Assembly: GCF_006345805.1 (NCBI RefSeq)
Contig: NC_043008.1
Coordinates: forward strand, 55,552,001-55,616,000
Length of the DNA stretch: 64,000 nt
Origin: Octopus sinensis
Taxonomy: Eukaryota
Reading direction: 5' to 3'
Within the stretch, counting starts at the first letter, position 1; every line of letters begins with the position of its first letter. The notes under the pieces were generated by a model that worked only from the letters and a program-made list of their open reading frames with translations, did not search any database and was not told the DNA's origin. Positions 39,178 to 51,537 of the stretch are shown piece after piece. The position numbers and the translations under genes are program-made.

Positions 39178-40107
39178 TATTATAAATGATAGAAATTATC
39201 TCCAGCGAAATTGTCATAAATATGCAGGTAGCAGCTCAGCTGATGAAGTTATTTTTGTTTTGTTTTTTTTTGTCTTTTTTTACTCGGTGGAAAATAACGA
39301 AGTATAAAAGATGAATGATTCTTTAATAAGTTCTATCGTATTTTAAATTCATTCACAGAAGAAAAAAAAAAGGTGGCAATAAAATAATAAATCGAAAAGG
39401 GAAAATTTATCCAAAGAAAAATAGAACAAGATGTAAAGGGGACGAATTTTTAGACTGATAATGATATCATCAAGTAGATTACACATAATTAAAGGAAATT
39501 TTCAATCATATCTTGTGCCTAATTTAGGTAGGACACGACGTTATTTTACCTTTATTTGCGAGCAAGAAGGATTAATAAATACAACTTAGGGTTAAATTTA
39601 AAAGCAAATATAGATATATACACACACACACACGTATATTCCACTTATCATCTGTCTTCATATTTGACTTATCTTTTGCTTTTTGCAACGAGAATTATGA
39701 AATCAATGTCTCGTCTTGGTATTTAAAATATAAAATGACAACACTGCCGACAAGACCAAAGAGAAAGGAGGGGAACAGACCCGGCTGAAAATAAAAATAA
39801 TTAACAACTGTCTAACTTTTCAAGATCAGCCCCCAAGAACCTGTCAAAATTTCATTTGACACCTATGTGCAGTGCAGTCTCTCGAATTCTGTCAGAAGAG
39901 GATGGTAATTCAAGGTAAGGGAAATATAGCCACTGCCTTAATGAAAGGTGAGGGATGTTTCCCCAGGGGACAAATAGGTTATTTTCTATGACGAAAGGGG
40001 AAACATTGTAAAAGCAATCAATATAACGACTGAATTAATTGCATAGCTTTCAAGCCGCTAGGGTATCGATTCAATTTGGTACCACCAGATTAATTTAGTA
40101 GGGAAAT

Positions 40108-40111
<4 letters not shown>
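38216..40111. repeat. Exact tandem duplication, period 965 bp
   Basis: 38216-39146 equals 39181-40111 with no difference found by eye; both ends lie in (TA)n tracts. Confidence 0.95.
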
Positions 40112-40148
<37 letters not shown>

Positions 40149-40575
40149 GCACTAATACACACACATATAAATACGTGTGTGTGCTTGCATTTAGTGTATG
40201 TTTATTTACATATATTTGTTTGTTTTGGAAAATATTTGATAGCAGGCTTAAATGAAAAATCAAATAGAAGTAGTTATAGTTAATTTTTAATATAAACGAA
40301 AAAAGAAAATTAAAATAGAATGATGAGAATATTTGAATAATGAAATATAGTTTCGGGCAATATAAACTATGCCGTTGTAGTAATTTGTAGCCAGTTCCTC
40401 TTAGAAATATTCATAAGTTTATTGTGAATCATTTAGTTGCTAAGTGGCAATGTAACAAAACACTGATATGTATATATATATGTGTGTTATATAAATATAT
40501 ATATATATATATAGTCAAGCATTAAGTGAAGGATCATTCGATGCATTTCAATAGAGCATCAACAAAAGGTCGACA

Positions 40576-40653
40576 GTGACTTCGAAGTTTCGGTTCGGTT
40601 GCCTTTCGTTAGACTATCTGACAAAGGCAACGCAGTCGAAGCTTCGAAGTTAC
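40576..40653 (+). ncRNA. Candidate pre-miRNA hairpin, family not recognised
   Basis: Stem of about 36 bp with a small loop. Five G-U pairs favour the + strand. For a 40591-40640 precursor, UG sits at -14 and CAAC (CNNC) at +17. Confidence 0.55.
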
Positions 40654-40685
40654 AGCCAACCTTTTCCTCGCAACACATTATACAT

Positions 40686-40743
<58 letters not shown>

Positions 40744-40837
40744 GAGCATACATACACACACAGATGCACACAGCTTACGGTATTGAGCACTCTATATTCC
40801 GAACAGCTAAAACAAAACGGATGTATATATATATATA

Positions 40838-40872
<35 letters not shown>

Positions 40873-42019
40873 CGAGGAAAAGCTTGGCTATACGGTTTCT
40901 TCTATGATATGAAACTATTTATCGCCATCCACCTGATAACCGTTTACAAAACAATAGTCATCACTAGCAGAGTGAGTACACGTACAAGATAACAATCGCT
41001 CGTTTATTTATTATTCATTTAAGTATAATAAACAATAGAAGGAACTGCACTCGGGGGGTAAGCAAAACGGAATAAGAAGAAAAAAAAAGTTTAGCCTAAG
41101 AATAATTAAATAAACTGAAGAATTGATGGACGCTTTGCTTACCTGGAAGTTTTTAAAAGTCTTTTTGTTTTTGTTTTTTTTTTCTCTCTACTCCATAGTA
41201 ATAAATAAATAACAGAATGATACACGTATATTAATTAATGCTTGTGTTGAATATTATGGGTGTTTAAATTAATATTTTAGAAGAAGCTGTACCAGCCGAA
41301 AGCACTGCCTGCTTTTTCTTTTTTTTTCTTTTTTGTATTGCCTTGCACCACCAACCGACTCTCCTCCACTGATTAGGTAAGCCTTTTGCTCTATAGGAGA
41401 TGTAATGATAGGATTGCAGTTAATGGTTAGTAGCAGCTCTACTGCTGCTGCTACTACTGATATTGATAGTAATCGTACTACTGCTACTACTACTAATGTT
41501 GATACTGAAAGCAGCAGTAGTAGTACTCTGTTGCTACAACTGTTACTATGCAGCGGTAGAAGTAGTAGTAATAGTAATAAAAAAAATTTTTTTATGAATA
41601 CCACTAACTAATGAAGTGTGAAGGGAAAATCGGATTTGGAAATAGTACTATATATATATGTGTGTGTGTGTATGTATATATATGTTTGCATTTGTGTGAG
41701 TGAATGTATGTATATATATATATATCTAATTTAGTATGAATGAACTCTTATTCGAAATTTCTCATTCCTGAGCCCCAGGAGTCTCTCTTTCTTTCTCTCT
41801 CTCTCTCTCTCACACATACACTCACATAATTTTAGTGGGAGGAGTATAGACTTCTGTTACGGTTTCATTCACATTTAGAATACATTATATCAATCGACTC
41901 GGCTTTTTGGCTGGACCTTTATTTTACCGATCCCGGAAAATTGACTTGGGTCGGCGGGATTTGAACCCAGAATGTAAAGGGCCATAACTTATGATTCTGT
42001 CAAAGTATATATTAATATT

Positions 42020-42170
42020 CTTTCTAATTTGGGGCAGCAACTTTCAATCATATATAGACACCCCAATGCTCAACTGGTACATTTTTTTTATCAAACCCGA
42101 AAGGACGAAAGGCAAAGTGGACCTCGGCGGCATTTGAACTCAGATCGCAAAACACAAGAAATACTGCATA
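42020..42170 (-). mobile_element. Type B SINE; further fragments at about 41880-41980 and 42430-42530
   Basis: acccgaaaggacgaaaggcaaagtggacctcggcggcatttgaactc. Confidence 0.75.
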
Positions 42171-42714
42171 AATTTTTTACCCCCGGTGTGCTGAACTATA
42201 TGGTCATATTAGTACTATTTCTAATACCGACACAAGGCCTAAAATATGGCATTGAGTGCAAATTTTGTCTTTCTTTGTAAAGTATGCACTCATCTATTCG
42301 AGCAACCATTGCTCAAATTTCTTCAATTAAAAGAAAAAAAATGATTTCGTTTTGAAAACCTTGTTTGAGTACAGTTTATTTAATCTTTCAATGTTGCAAA
42401 AACCTGTGTACACATGCACAAGCGTACACTGATACTGGTAACTGCTACTTTCTTTTATCGATCCCAGAAGGATGAAAGACAAAAACTGACCTCAACGGGA
42501 TTTGAACTCAGAAAGTAAAGGGCGGTAACTACTTAAATACAAACATCGTTTTTTATTTTTTTTTTTTTCGCTCAAGAATGAAATTGATTGATGAGTGAAA
42601 ACTAATGTTTTGTCAACCGCAAGAGTTGTTAATCAGAAGAAATATTTCTAATTTGGGTGAAATTGTCGAATATGTACATTAGCATGATTTCCTGTAGAAA
42701 ACCGAAGGGCCCAC

Positions 42715-43260
42715 ATAGAATCCTTAAATGTCTACAAACATTCCAAATTATGGTATTTTATTCTTTATAAACTATACAATAAAACAATCGTGGTCGGTAT
42801 TAACCCGTATCCGAGGAGTTAATCTGTAACGAGTGATTGAGCTTCTTTCTCTTGGTAGGTTCCAAGGGTGCCGGTGCCCGATTTGGCTGTTTAGGCCAAG
42901 CATGGTATAGGAAAGCACGTTTAATTAGTTTTAGCTATCACCGGTTCTGTCATCAGCTCCTAAAGTATTATTTACACTACACGTGTAGAATCCTAGAATA
43001 TCTGCAAGTATTCTAAAGTATGGTATTTTATTGTTTATAAAGTATATTATAACGGGGCTAATGCAGACTCGCACCTCACTTCGGAAAATGCACTGCATTA
43101 GCCCCATTATAACAGTAATTAAGCACGCTTAATTAGTCTTTGTCATCGCCGGCTCCTAAAGTAATATTTATTCCATGCATGTGGAATCCCATCCGAATGT
43201 CTACAAAAATTCTCAAGTGTGTCGTTTTATGTCTGTAAAACATGCCATAAAGCAGAAAAC
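42715..43260. repeat. Degenerate tandem repeat, about 3 units of 200-270 bp
   Basis: Recurring (t/g)gaatcc...atgtctacaa...tatggtattttatt at about 42715, 42985 and 43180; gcacg.ttaattagt...gctcctaaagta at about 42916 and 43122. Confidence 0.7.
43054..43105. mobile_element. 52-bp micro-MITE: 13-bp perfect TIR GGGGCTAATGCAG, 8-bp TSD ATTATAAC
   Basis: ATTATAAC at 43046-43053 and 43106-43113 flank the TIR pair. Confidence 0.7.
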
Positions 43261-43358
43261 AACTCAGTCTAACTGATATTAGTAGTCACTTGTTTGTAAA
43301 TTTGGTGAATGTAGTTTATCATTTATCTGTAGTCCTTCCTGTTTTGGACCGGAGTTTG

Positions 43359-43400
<42 letters not shown>

Positions 43401-44807
43401 GACCATCAATATATATTTAACTAGAATTTCTGTGTAGTAGCAGCACCAAAGGCTTGAAGTAGTAAAAGTTGGTGAATGACAACAAATGGTTTACACTCGT
43501 CGACACCAGTTTTAGAATTTCGGATTTTGTTTTGGCATTTTTTTTTTTCGTAACTGCACCCAAGCTACCGGCATTTACAATAGTTGTAAAATATGTTTAC
43601 ATATTTTCATCGTTATCGTTACTACTATCATTATCGTTATTACCCGATAATAAACATAATACAGTTTTTGTTGTGTGTTTGCACTGATAGCACCTGTTAC
43701 TACTTAATAGCAGTTGATAAGGGAGCTTCTATACGGCCGTTCGAGCAACTAGAAATAACAGTCAAGTCTTCCTAAAATCACATTTCTATCTTAAAAGATG
43801 ATGAATTAGTACAGGATTTAAGACACAAACAACTACAGCTTAGGATTCAAAATAATTAAAAGTCAGTATATTTTCAGTTTTTGTGAGATTTTCTTGTGTA
43901 ATTTTTTAACAAGAGACCTTCAAGATTTATTATACGACGCAAGATGGACACATTGGACAATTTAGTCCTTATTTTACGGAAAAGGGAGACATGATCATTG
44001 TTTAAACGACGACTTTGATGATAAGTCTGCTCAACCAGGACTGAACTGAAACTAAACAACAACCAATTTGAATACTATTTCTAGCTAGTCGTTCGACTTA
44101 ACTAGAAGTAGTACTCAAATTTCCCTCACATCACACTACTGTTCGAAGAAAAAATGTCAAAATAATCAGACAGAAAGTCATGGATGAATCGTCTTTGAGG
44201 ACAGATCTGTTAGATCAAATCTGACCTGGTGCTAAACAAAATAGCAGCCTGGTTATACCTCTTCGGTATCAAAAATCTGCCTAATCTTCCGTCACGCTAT
44301 TTTCTGGTTTATGTCTCAAGACTGACCGTGGCCATACTTGCTGGACATTGCTTTTAAGAGTTTCGTCTAATCATATTAAGCTCAGTACTTATTTATCGAT
44401 TACCATTTGTTGGACCGTAAAGTTACGAGATATTAAGGAATTACTAGAAATACTGGCTTTTAACACCAGTGTAAACATTAACACAGTATAACTCACACAT
44501 ATACTATATAACACACACACACACGTGATGCACTTCTGCAGAGCTTCTGTCTACCAAATATCATTCATATGGTATTGATCAATTCGGTAAATAGTATTAT
44601 GACCAATTAGATAAAAGCAAGCCGTGGTCATTATTGGTTAAAACTGAAAGGAAAAAAAAAGTTCACCTAAGATGCCATTGGGATCGATCCTAGACACACA
44701 AGATTGTGAAGCAAACATCATAACCGCATTACAATACCAAAGGAAAAAAAAAATTGACTGCTTGTTATTTTTAACATGGAGAAATTATTTTGATAACCTT
44801 TAACTTT

Positions 44808-45160
44808 TATCTTTTGCTTGTTTCAGTCATTAGACTACGGCCATGATGGAGCACTGCTTTGAAGAATTTTAGGCGAACGAATCAACCGTAGTACTTTTTT
44901 TTTTAAAGCCTGGTACTAATTCCATCGGTTTCTTTTGCTGAACTGCAAGTTTCAAGGCATGTAGATACACCAACATCGGTTGTCAAACGGTGATGGGAGA
45001 CAAACACAGTTACAAAGGTAGACACATACACAGCAGGCTTATTTCAGTTTCCATCTACCAAGTCCACTCACAAGGCTTTGGTCAGCCCAGGGCTATAGTT
45101 CAAGACACTTAACCCAGAACCACGTGGTTGGATAGCAACCTTCTTATCACATAGCCACTT
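44808..45160 (-). mobile_element. Type A SINE
   Basis: Reverse-complement family motifs. Confidence 0.8.
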
Positions 45161-45299
45161 TAGTATGCAAAATTTTGTCACATGTGACTCTTCAAATAAC
45201 TAGTGTTAAAAACATTGGACAGAATGCCTAGCAATGTTTGTTCCAGTTCTCTGCATTGTGAGTTCAAACCCTGTCCAGGTCAACTTTGCTCTCTTTTCT

Positions 45300-46276
45300 G
45301 GATGTGAAGCAGCTGTGACAGCAAGAGCGAGACTTGGCTGGGTGAAGTTCAAGGAATGTGGAGGCGTAGGAGTGGCTGTGTGGTAAGTAGCTTGCTTATG
45401 AACCACATGGTTCCAGGTTCAGTCCCACTGCGTGGCATCTTGGGCAAGTGCCTTCTACTATAGCCTTGGGCCGATCAAAGCCTTGTGAGTGGAGTTGGGA
45501 GACAGAAACTGAAAGAAGCTCGTCGTATATATATGTATGTGTGTGTGTATATGTTTGTGTGTCTGTGTTTGTCCCCCCAACATCGCTTGACAACCGATGC
45601 TGGTGTGTTTACATCCCTGTAACTTAGCAGTTCGGCAAAAGAGATCGATAGAATAAGTACTAGGCTTACAAAGAATAAGTTTCTGGGGTCGATTTGCTCG
45701 ACTAAAGGCAGTGCTCCAGCATGGCCACAGTCAAATGACTGAAACAAATAAAAGAGTAAAGTGTGTTGTTATATGGGAAAAGGTTCTCATTGAAGATGAA
45801 AGGAAAGGTCTATAGGAGTTGTGTGAGAACTGCAATGCTGTATGGGAGTGAGACATGGTGCTTGAGGGAGAGAGAGATGGTAATTTTGAGAAGGACGAGA
45901 GAGCAATGGTGAGAGATATGTGTGGCGTGAGGCTGTTTGATAAGAGGAGGACTGAGGACTTGATGGGGATGCTGGAGTTGGAGGAATCAGTGGAACGGCT
46001 GGCAAGGGCAAATGGAGTGCAGTGGTATGGGCATGTGCTGAGGAGGGATGAGGAACAAGTTCTGAAGAGGATTCTAGAGTTTGAGCTAAATGGACAGCAA
46101 AAATGAGGTAGACCAAGGAAAATGTGGAGGAGGAGATTAGGAGGGTTGGCTTGAGAAGGGAGGACGCCCAAAACCGGGTGAGATGGTGTGAGGGCAATTG
46201 CTATGGCATTGAAGTAGATCCAGCCACCCCCGTTAACAGGGACAAAATCCAGATTTAAAATGAGGGATGATGATGA
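45300..46276 (+). mobile_element. RTE-clade LINE 3' fragment interrupted by a type A SINE
   Basis: GCEAAVTARARLGWVKFKECG before the SINE. After it: LLYGKRFSLKMKGKVYRSCVRTAMLYGSETWCL...AMVRDMCGVRL...WYGHVLRRDEEQVLKRIL...GRPRKMW, then a (GAT)n tail. Confidence 0.9.
45363..45760 (+). mobile_element. Type A SINE nested in the RTE LINE
   Basis: Full head-to-tail copy splitting the LINE reading frame. Confidence 0.9.
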
Positions 46277-46884
46277 CAGCATAGTGCATTGGTTGAAACT
46301 TACAGTGTTACAGGTATCTCTTTCAGCTCTGTGTATTCTAAGTTTTCTTTCTCATATTTTCAGAAAGATAGAAAAAGAGATAAAGAAGAAAAAAAAAAAG
46401 GAAAAAATGGGTTGATCAGGACCCAGTAGAAGTAGTAATAATCCTTAAGCAAATACTACAGTGTTTCAGTTGATTATTCTCAATGCCAGAGCACCCAGAA
46501 AGCAATGTAAGGGAACTTTCAAGTATTGCATACCATCATCATCATCACCACCACCACCACCATCATCATTTTATGTTGTTTTTCCATGATGGCAAGTGTG
46601 TGTAGGTGTATATACATAATTATCTATCTATCTATCTATCTAAATATATATATATATATATAAAAATTTAGCAATTAAGGAAACTTAACAAGAAATTGTC
46701 AGGTAGATAGCGTGAAAACCTCATAAGAGAAAAAATTTCGAAAATAATTATTTCTTATTGAACATATTAATTTATATATAGAGGGCATTATACATACATG
46801 CCAGAAGGCATTATACATACATGCCACACGCTAAGAGGGACAATTAGTCATTTCTACCAAAAATATTACTAATCCCACCGAATG

Positions 46885-46921
<37 letters not shown>

Positions 46922-47071
46922 GGAGTAAACACATAAATGTGAAACAAGGTGAAAAAAATGAGTACTCAAATGCCAGTGGTAGAGTAATATGCTTTATTTA
47001 AAGCAGCAGAAAATTCTACAAAACCTTGCTTTAAATAAAGTATATATATATATATATATCTGTGTGTGTGT

Positions 47072-47375
47072 GGAGGCGCAATGGCCCAGTGGTTAGGGCA
47101 GCGGACTCGCGGTCGTAGGATCGCGGTTTCAATTACCAGACCGGGCATTGTGAGTGTTTATTGAGCTAAAACACCCTAAAGCTCCACGAGGCTCTGGCAG
47201 GGGGGGGGGGGGGTGATCCCTGTTGTACTCTTCCGCCACAACTTTTTCTCACTCTTCCTTCTGTTGGCCTGCTCGCTTAGCCACTGGGGTGGCGTCATTC
47301 AAAGGCTAGAACAATGCAAATGCATTGTGACCAGCGATGTGTAACAACATCTGATGGTCTGGTCAGTCATGTGAT

Positions 47376-47382
<7 letters not shown>
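47072..47382 (+). mobile_element. Type C SINE, second body variant
   Basis: Same head as 30083 but a different 3' half (ttggcctgctcgcttagcc...gtcatgtgatcacgtg). Confidence 0.85.
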
Positions 47383-47411
<29 letters not shown>

Positions 47412-47413
<2 letters not shown>

Positions 47414-47625
47414 CTTTACTACCCACAAGGGGCTAAATATAGAGGGGACAAACAAGGACAGACAAATGGATTAAGTCGATTACATCGACCCCAGTGCGAA
47501 ACTGGTACTTTATTTATCTACCCCGAAAGGATGAAAGGCAAAGTCTACCTCGGCGGAATTTGAACTCAGAACATAACGTCAGACGAAATACCGCTAAGAA
47601 TTTCGCCCGGGCGCTAACGTTTCTG
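47412..47625 (-). mobile_element. Type B SINE, young
   Basis: Close to the reverse complement of 54058-54288. Confidence 0.9.
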
Positions 47626-47794
47626 GACTAATGAGTATATGTCAATTAATGTGTTGAAATGTTGAGTAGAGCACTGGCACAGTTTGGGCTACCTGATGTC
47701 ATCTGCAGGTGGGGAATATTTCTATTGGATCTACTTCAGGAATTCCACAGGGTTAGTTGAGATAATAATAATAATTTCTTTGGTAACGTAAAAA

Positions 47795-48450
47795 TGGATT
47801 TGGTATTAATCTTTAATTTGACTCATCCCACCACTGCCCCTTATGGGTGAGACTCCTTTCAACATGTTGTGTTGCATCGATTTTGCAGTCTGGTTTTCAT
47901 CAGGTACATCTGTACATAAAGGTTTGTGTCTCACCGAAGATCCTGAGTTTTGGCTGTCATGTTGTTGTATGCCTGTCTGGTTAAAGAATGAAGCATCACC
48001 ACAATTTTCTGTTACTATTATATTTCGATTTTGGATTTGGTTTGCAAGATTCTTTATATGAGTTCGTGTGTTGAAGCATATTCTGTTGTGTCTGGGGAGA
48101 GTCATTCTCTTTTAGTACCTTATTATTTAACACACTCACCAGTAAAATTTCCACTTATTTCGTCTTTATATTTTCCAAAAATTTTCGTTGCGCCTTGCAA
48201 CCTTTTCAATAGTCTTGACTCTGTCCGTTATTTACACTGCGTTCCCTTTTGTTCCACACACATGTGCACAAACAAACAAAAAGGAACGCAGTGTAAATAA
48301 CGGACAGAGTCAAGACTATTGAAAAGGTTGCAAGACGCAACGAAAATTTTAGGAAAATAAAAAGACGAATTAAGTGGAAATTTTACCGGTGAGTGTGTTA
48401 AATAATAAGGTACTAAAAGAGAATGACTCTCCCCAGACACAACAGAATAT
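47795..48450 (-). mobile_element. Decayed retroelement RT fragment (Penelope-like) with a fold-back 5' end
   Basis: Arms 48078-48253 and 48275-48450 are inverted, about 96% identical. Minus-strand remnants (KENDSP, HIKNLANQIQNR, FFNQ, YNN, NSG) resemble the PLE RT C-terminal region from memory; a related fragment lies at about 34738-34800. Confidence 0.55.
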
Positions 48451-48799
48451 TACTATTATCTTTTTTCAATAAGAGTGATACACAAGTTGAGCATGTCAGA
48501 CTGTCTGTGTACTACTCCACTCCTGAAGATGTTTATCCAAGCATACACTGGTTTAGCTCTGTAGCAATTAATGATACTGGAAATTAATTGTACTAGTGTT
48601 TATCGTCGGTTCTTCTTTGGTATTAGTACCTTACATTTTTGAATTTCCAGTTGTCACTATAGATGTTTCCATTTTTTCAATATAGGAGAAAAATTTTAAT
48701 GATACAAAGAAAATGGAGAATGCATACACAGAAAAATCAATATATTTATTATAATAGTCAATTCATGTTGCTTACATGCATTCTAGTTTATTACTTAAA

Positions 48800-49130
48800 T
48801 CCATATTTATACAGTTAAATTGCATTATGAATTTGAGGGACAAGATTATTTCTATATAGGTTCTACAGAAAACTATATAAAAAGCAGAATAGCAAACCAT
48901 GAAAACACCTTTAGGGATAGGAGAAAACAAGCAAGCACTAGTCTTAGTAAACTAATTTGAATGATTAAGGATAAAAATAGGGAATATACACTTAGGTGGG
49001 AAATAATTAGCCAAGCTGGGAACAAAAGATGTAAATTCTGCGCAGAGGAAATTTATCAAATTCTTATATATAAAAACATAAATGAATAAACAACAAGAGA
49101 GAAAGAAGTTTTTGTTGTGTGCAGAGGATT
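48800..49130 (+). mobile_element. Penelope-like GIY-YIG endonuclease remnant
   Basis: IYTVKLHYEFEGQDYFYIGSTENYIKSRIANHENTFRDRRKQASTSLSKLI*MIKDKNREYTLRWEIISQAGNKRCKFCAEEIYQIL, matching the PLE YIG...H..F...T.LS..IW..K...W.I...C..C..E pattern. Confidence 0.85.
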
Positions 49131-49784
49131 AAATATACATTTAATAAACCTAAATAAATTGAAATGAATATAATTAAATTAGAAATTGTGTGAATAATAC
49201 AATTATACATAAAGAATAATTCTTAAAGTTAAATATATTTTTATTGAATTTAGATAGTTTTAGTTAAAAATTTAAACACTGTGTATATAATATCAAGGAA
49301 TCATGCTTCTATACTATTAATTAAATAGACGAATAATGTAAGAATGCCTTGCCACTTCAAAGAAGTGTGACACATACAACAGGTACATACAAAAACAAAA
49401 AGTTTATGTATTAATATTATTGATAAACAGTATGGAGACTTGTACATCCACAAAATTTATTTTTTAGTTATATACAATATTTTATAATGACCAACATGTA
49501 TTTCCACTGCAGCAACAACAACTTCTACTGTCCAGGGAAGTGAACACGGAATTACCCATTGGGAGAATTCTCAGAGTGACTAACAACTAAATGAAGTCAC
49601 ATACATTGGATACTGATCATTGTGGTCAGTCGTTACTTGGAAGTCTACTGAGAGCTAAATAGGACTTTGAGATTTCTATTATCAAATGAAACATGTGTAA
49701 TGGTGAATAAATAATACCAAAAAAATTTTGTAGATTCCTGTTTTGTTATATTTATATATGTAACAAGATGGGAAGCTGATATAT

Positions 49785-50122
49785 ATTCTTTTACTTGTTT
49801 CAGTCATTTGACTGTGGCCATGCTGGAACACTGCCTTTAGTCGAGCAAATTGACCCCAGGAATTATTCTTTGTAAGCCTAATACTTATTTTATTGGTCTC
49901 TTTTGCTGAACCATTAAGTTACAGGGACGTAAACACACCAGCATCAGTTGTCAAGCGATGTTGGGGGGACAAACACAGATACACAAACGTACACACACAC
50001 TCATACATATATATATACATATATACGACGGGCTTCCTTCAGTTTCCATCTACCAAATCCACTCACAAGGCTTTGGTCGGTCCAAGGCTATAGTAGAAGA
50101 CACTTGCCCAAGGTGCCACGCA
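49785..50122 (-). mobile_element. Type A SINE, 5'-truncated
   Basis: Tail and body present; head replaced by an (AG)/(GATA) microsatellite. Confidence 0.85.
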
Positions 50123-50344
50123 GAGAGAGAGACAGACAGACAGACAGAGAAAGAGATAGATAAATGGATAGATAGATGGATGGATAGATTAGATAGATAA
50201 TGTGTCCAACGAATTTTTAATAGATTAATGGAGACATTACATCATTAAAGAAAAAATGTTTTCATCAATTAAATACATGAACTACAACATTTAGAAACAT
50301 TAAGAAAATCAACACCATATGCACCTTTGTGATTCTACGAGCCT

Positions 50345-50472
50345 TGCTGGTCATATATCTATCTGTCTATCTATCTATCTATCTATATGTATATATATAT
50401 ATGTATGTATGTATGTATGTGTGTATGTATATATATATGTATATATACATATATATATAATATATATATATA

Positions 50473-50509
<37 letters not shown>

Positions 50510-50534
50510 GTGTATATGTATAAGTATATATATA

Positions 50535-50581
<47 letters not shown>

Positions 50582-50592
50582 TATATATATAG
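50345..50592. repeat. Compound (TCTA)/(TA)/(TATG) microsatellite
   Basis: Seen directly. Confidence 0.95.
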
Positions 50593-51189
50593 GATCAAGA
50601 TTCAGTTGAATTAGGTGCTTAAATTGAGGCACCTTGCAAGGTCGGTATAATCCACACACCCAAACAATATCAATTGAATATTAAATATCAAGACTCTGTG
50701 CAGGGGTGTCTATAAGCGATATTCCTGCTGTGTGTGCAGACAACACAACCCGGCTAAGTAAAGATATCTTCTCTTGCTAATTCAGACATGTACTTTTTAT
50801 AAAAGTACATTCTTTAGTATTTCCGAATTGCAGATTCCGAGTTAGGTGAACTGAATATAAATGAGTAAATGAGATTCTGCCACAGATATGATAAAATAAA
50901 CAATGTAAATATTTTGAGTTCCATTATTGATGTAAATACGTTTAAAAAATGGTTATATCCTTATGTTTGAAGTCTATGCAGTCATCTGACAAGAACAGTT
51001 TTTTTTTCAAATTGATGTAACGTTTTCATTAATGAAATAAAGGAAATGCTCGAAACAGCCATAAGGAATTGACACCTGTACATCTTTGTTACTCATTCAT
51101 ATATATATAGAGATAAAAATAAAAAATAAAACAAATAGAAATAATAAAATATATTTATATAAAAATTTATAAGTATTAATTAATAATTT

Positions 51190-51458
51190 AAGTATTTTGA
51201 CTGAGGGCTGGCAAGCCAGATGGCTGCACCAGGCTCCAATCTTGATCTGGCAGAGTTTATATAGCTGGATGCCCTTCCTAATGCCAACCACTCCGAGAGT
51301 GTAGTGGGTGTTTTTTATGTGCCACTTGCTCGAATCTTTTTACACATGCCACCGGCACAGGTGCCAGTGAAGCGATGTTGGTAATGATCACACTCGAATG
51401 GTGCCCTTGTACGTGCCGCGGGTACGGAAGCCAGTTGGCTGCTCTGGCAACGATCACG

Positions 51459-51460
<2 letters not shown>
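51190..51460 (-). mobile_element. Type D SINE-like element
   Basis: ggatgcccttcctaatgccaaccactccgagagtgtagtggg. Confidence 0.8.
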
Positions 51461-51537
<77 letters not shown>

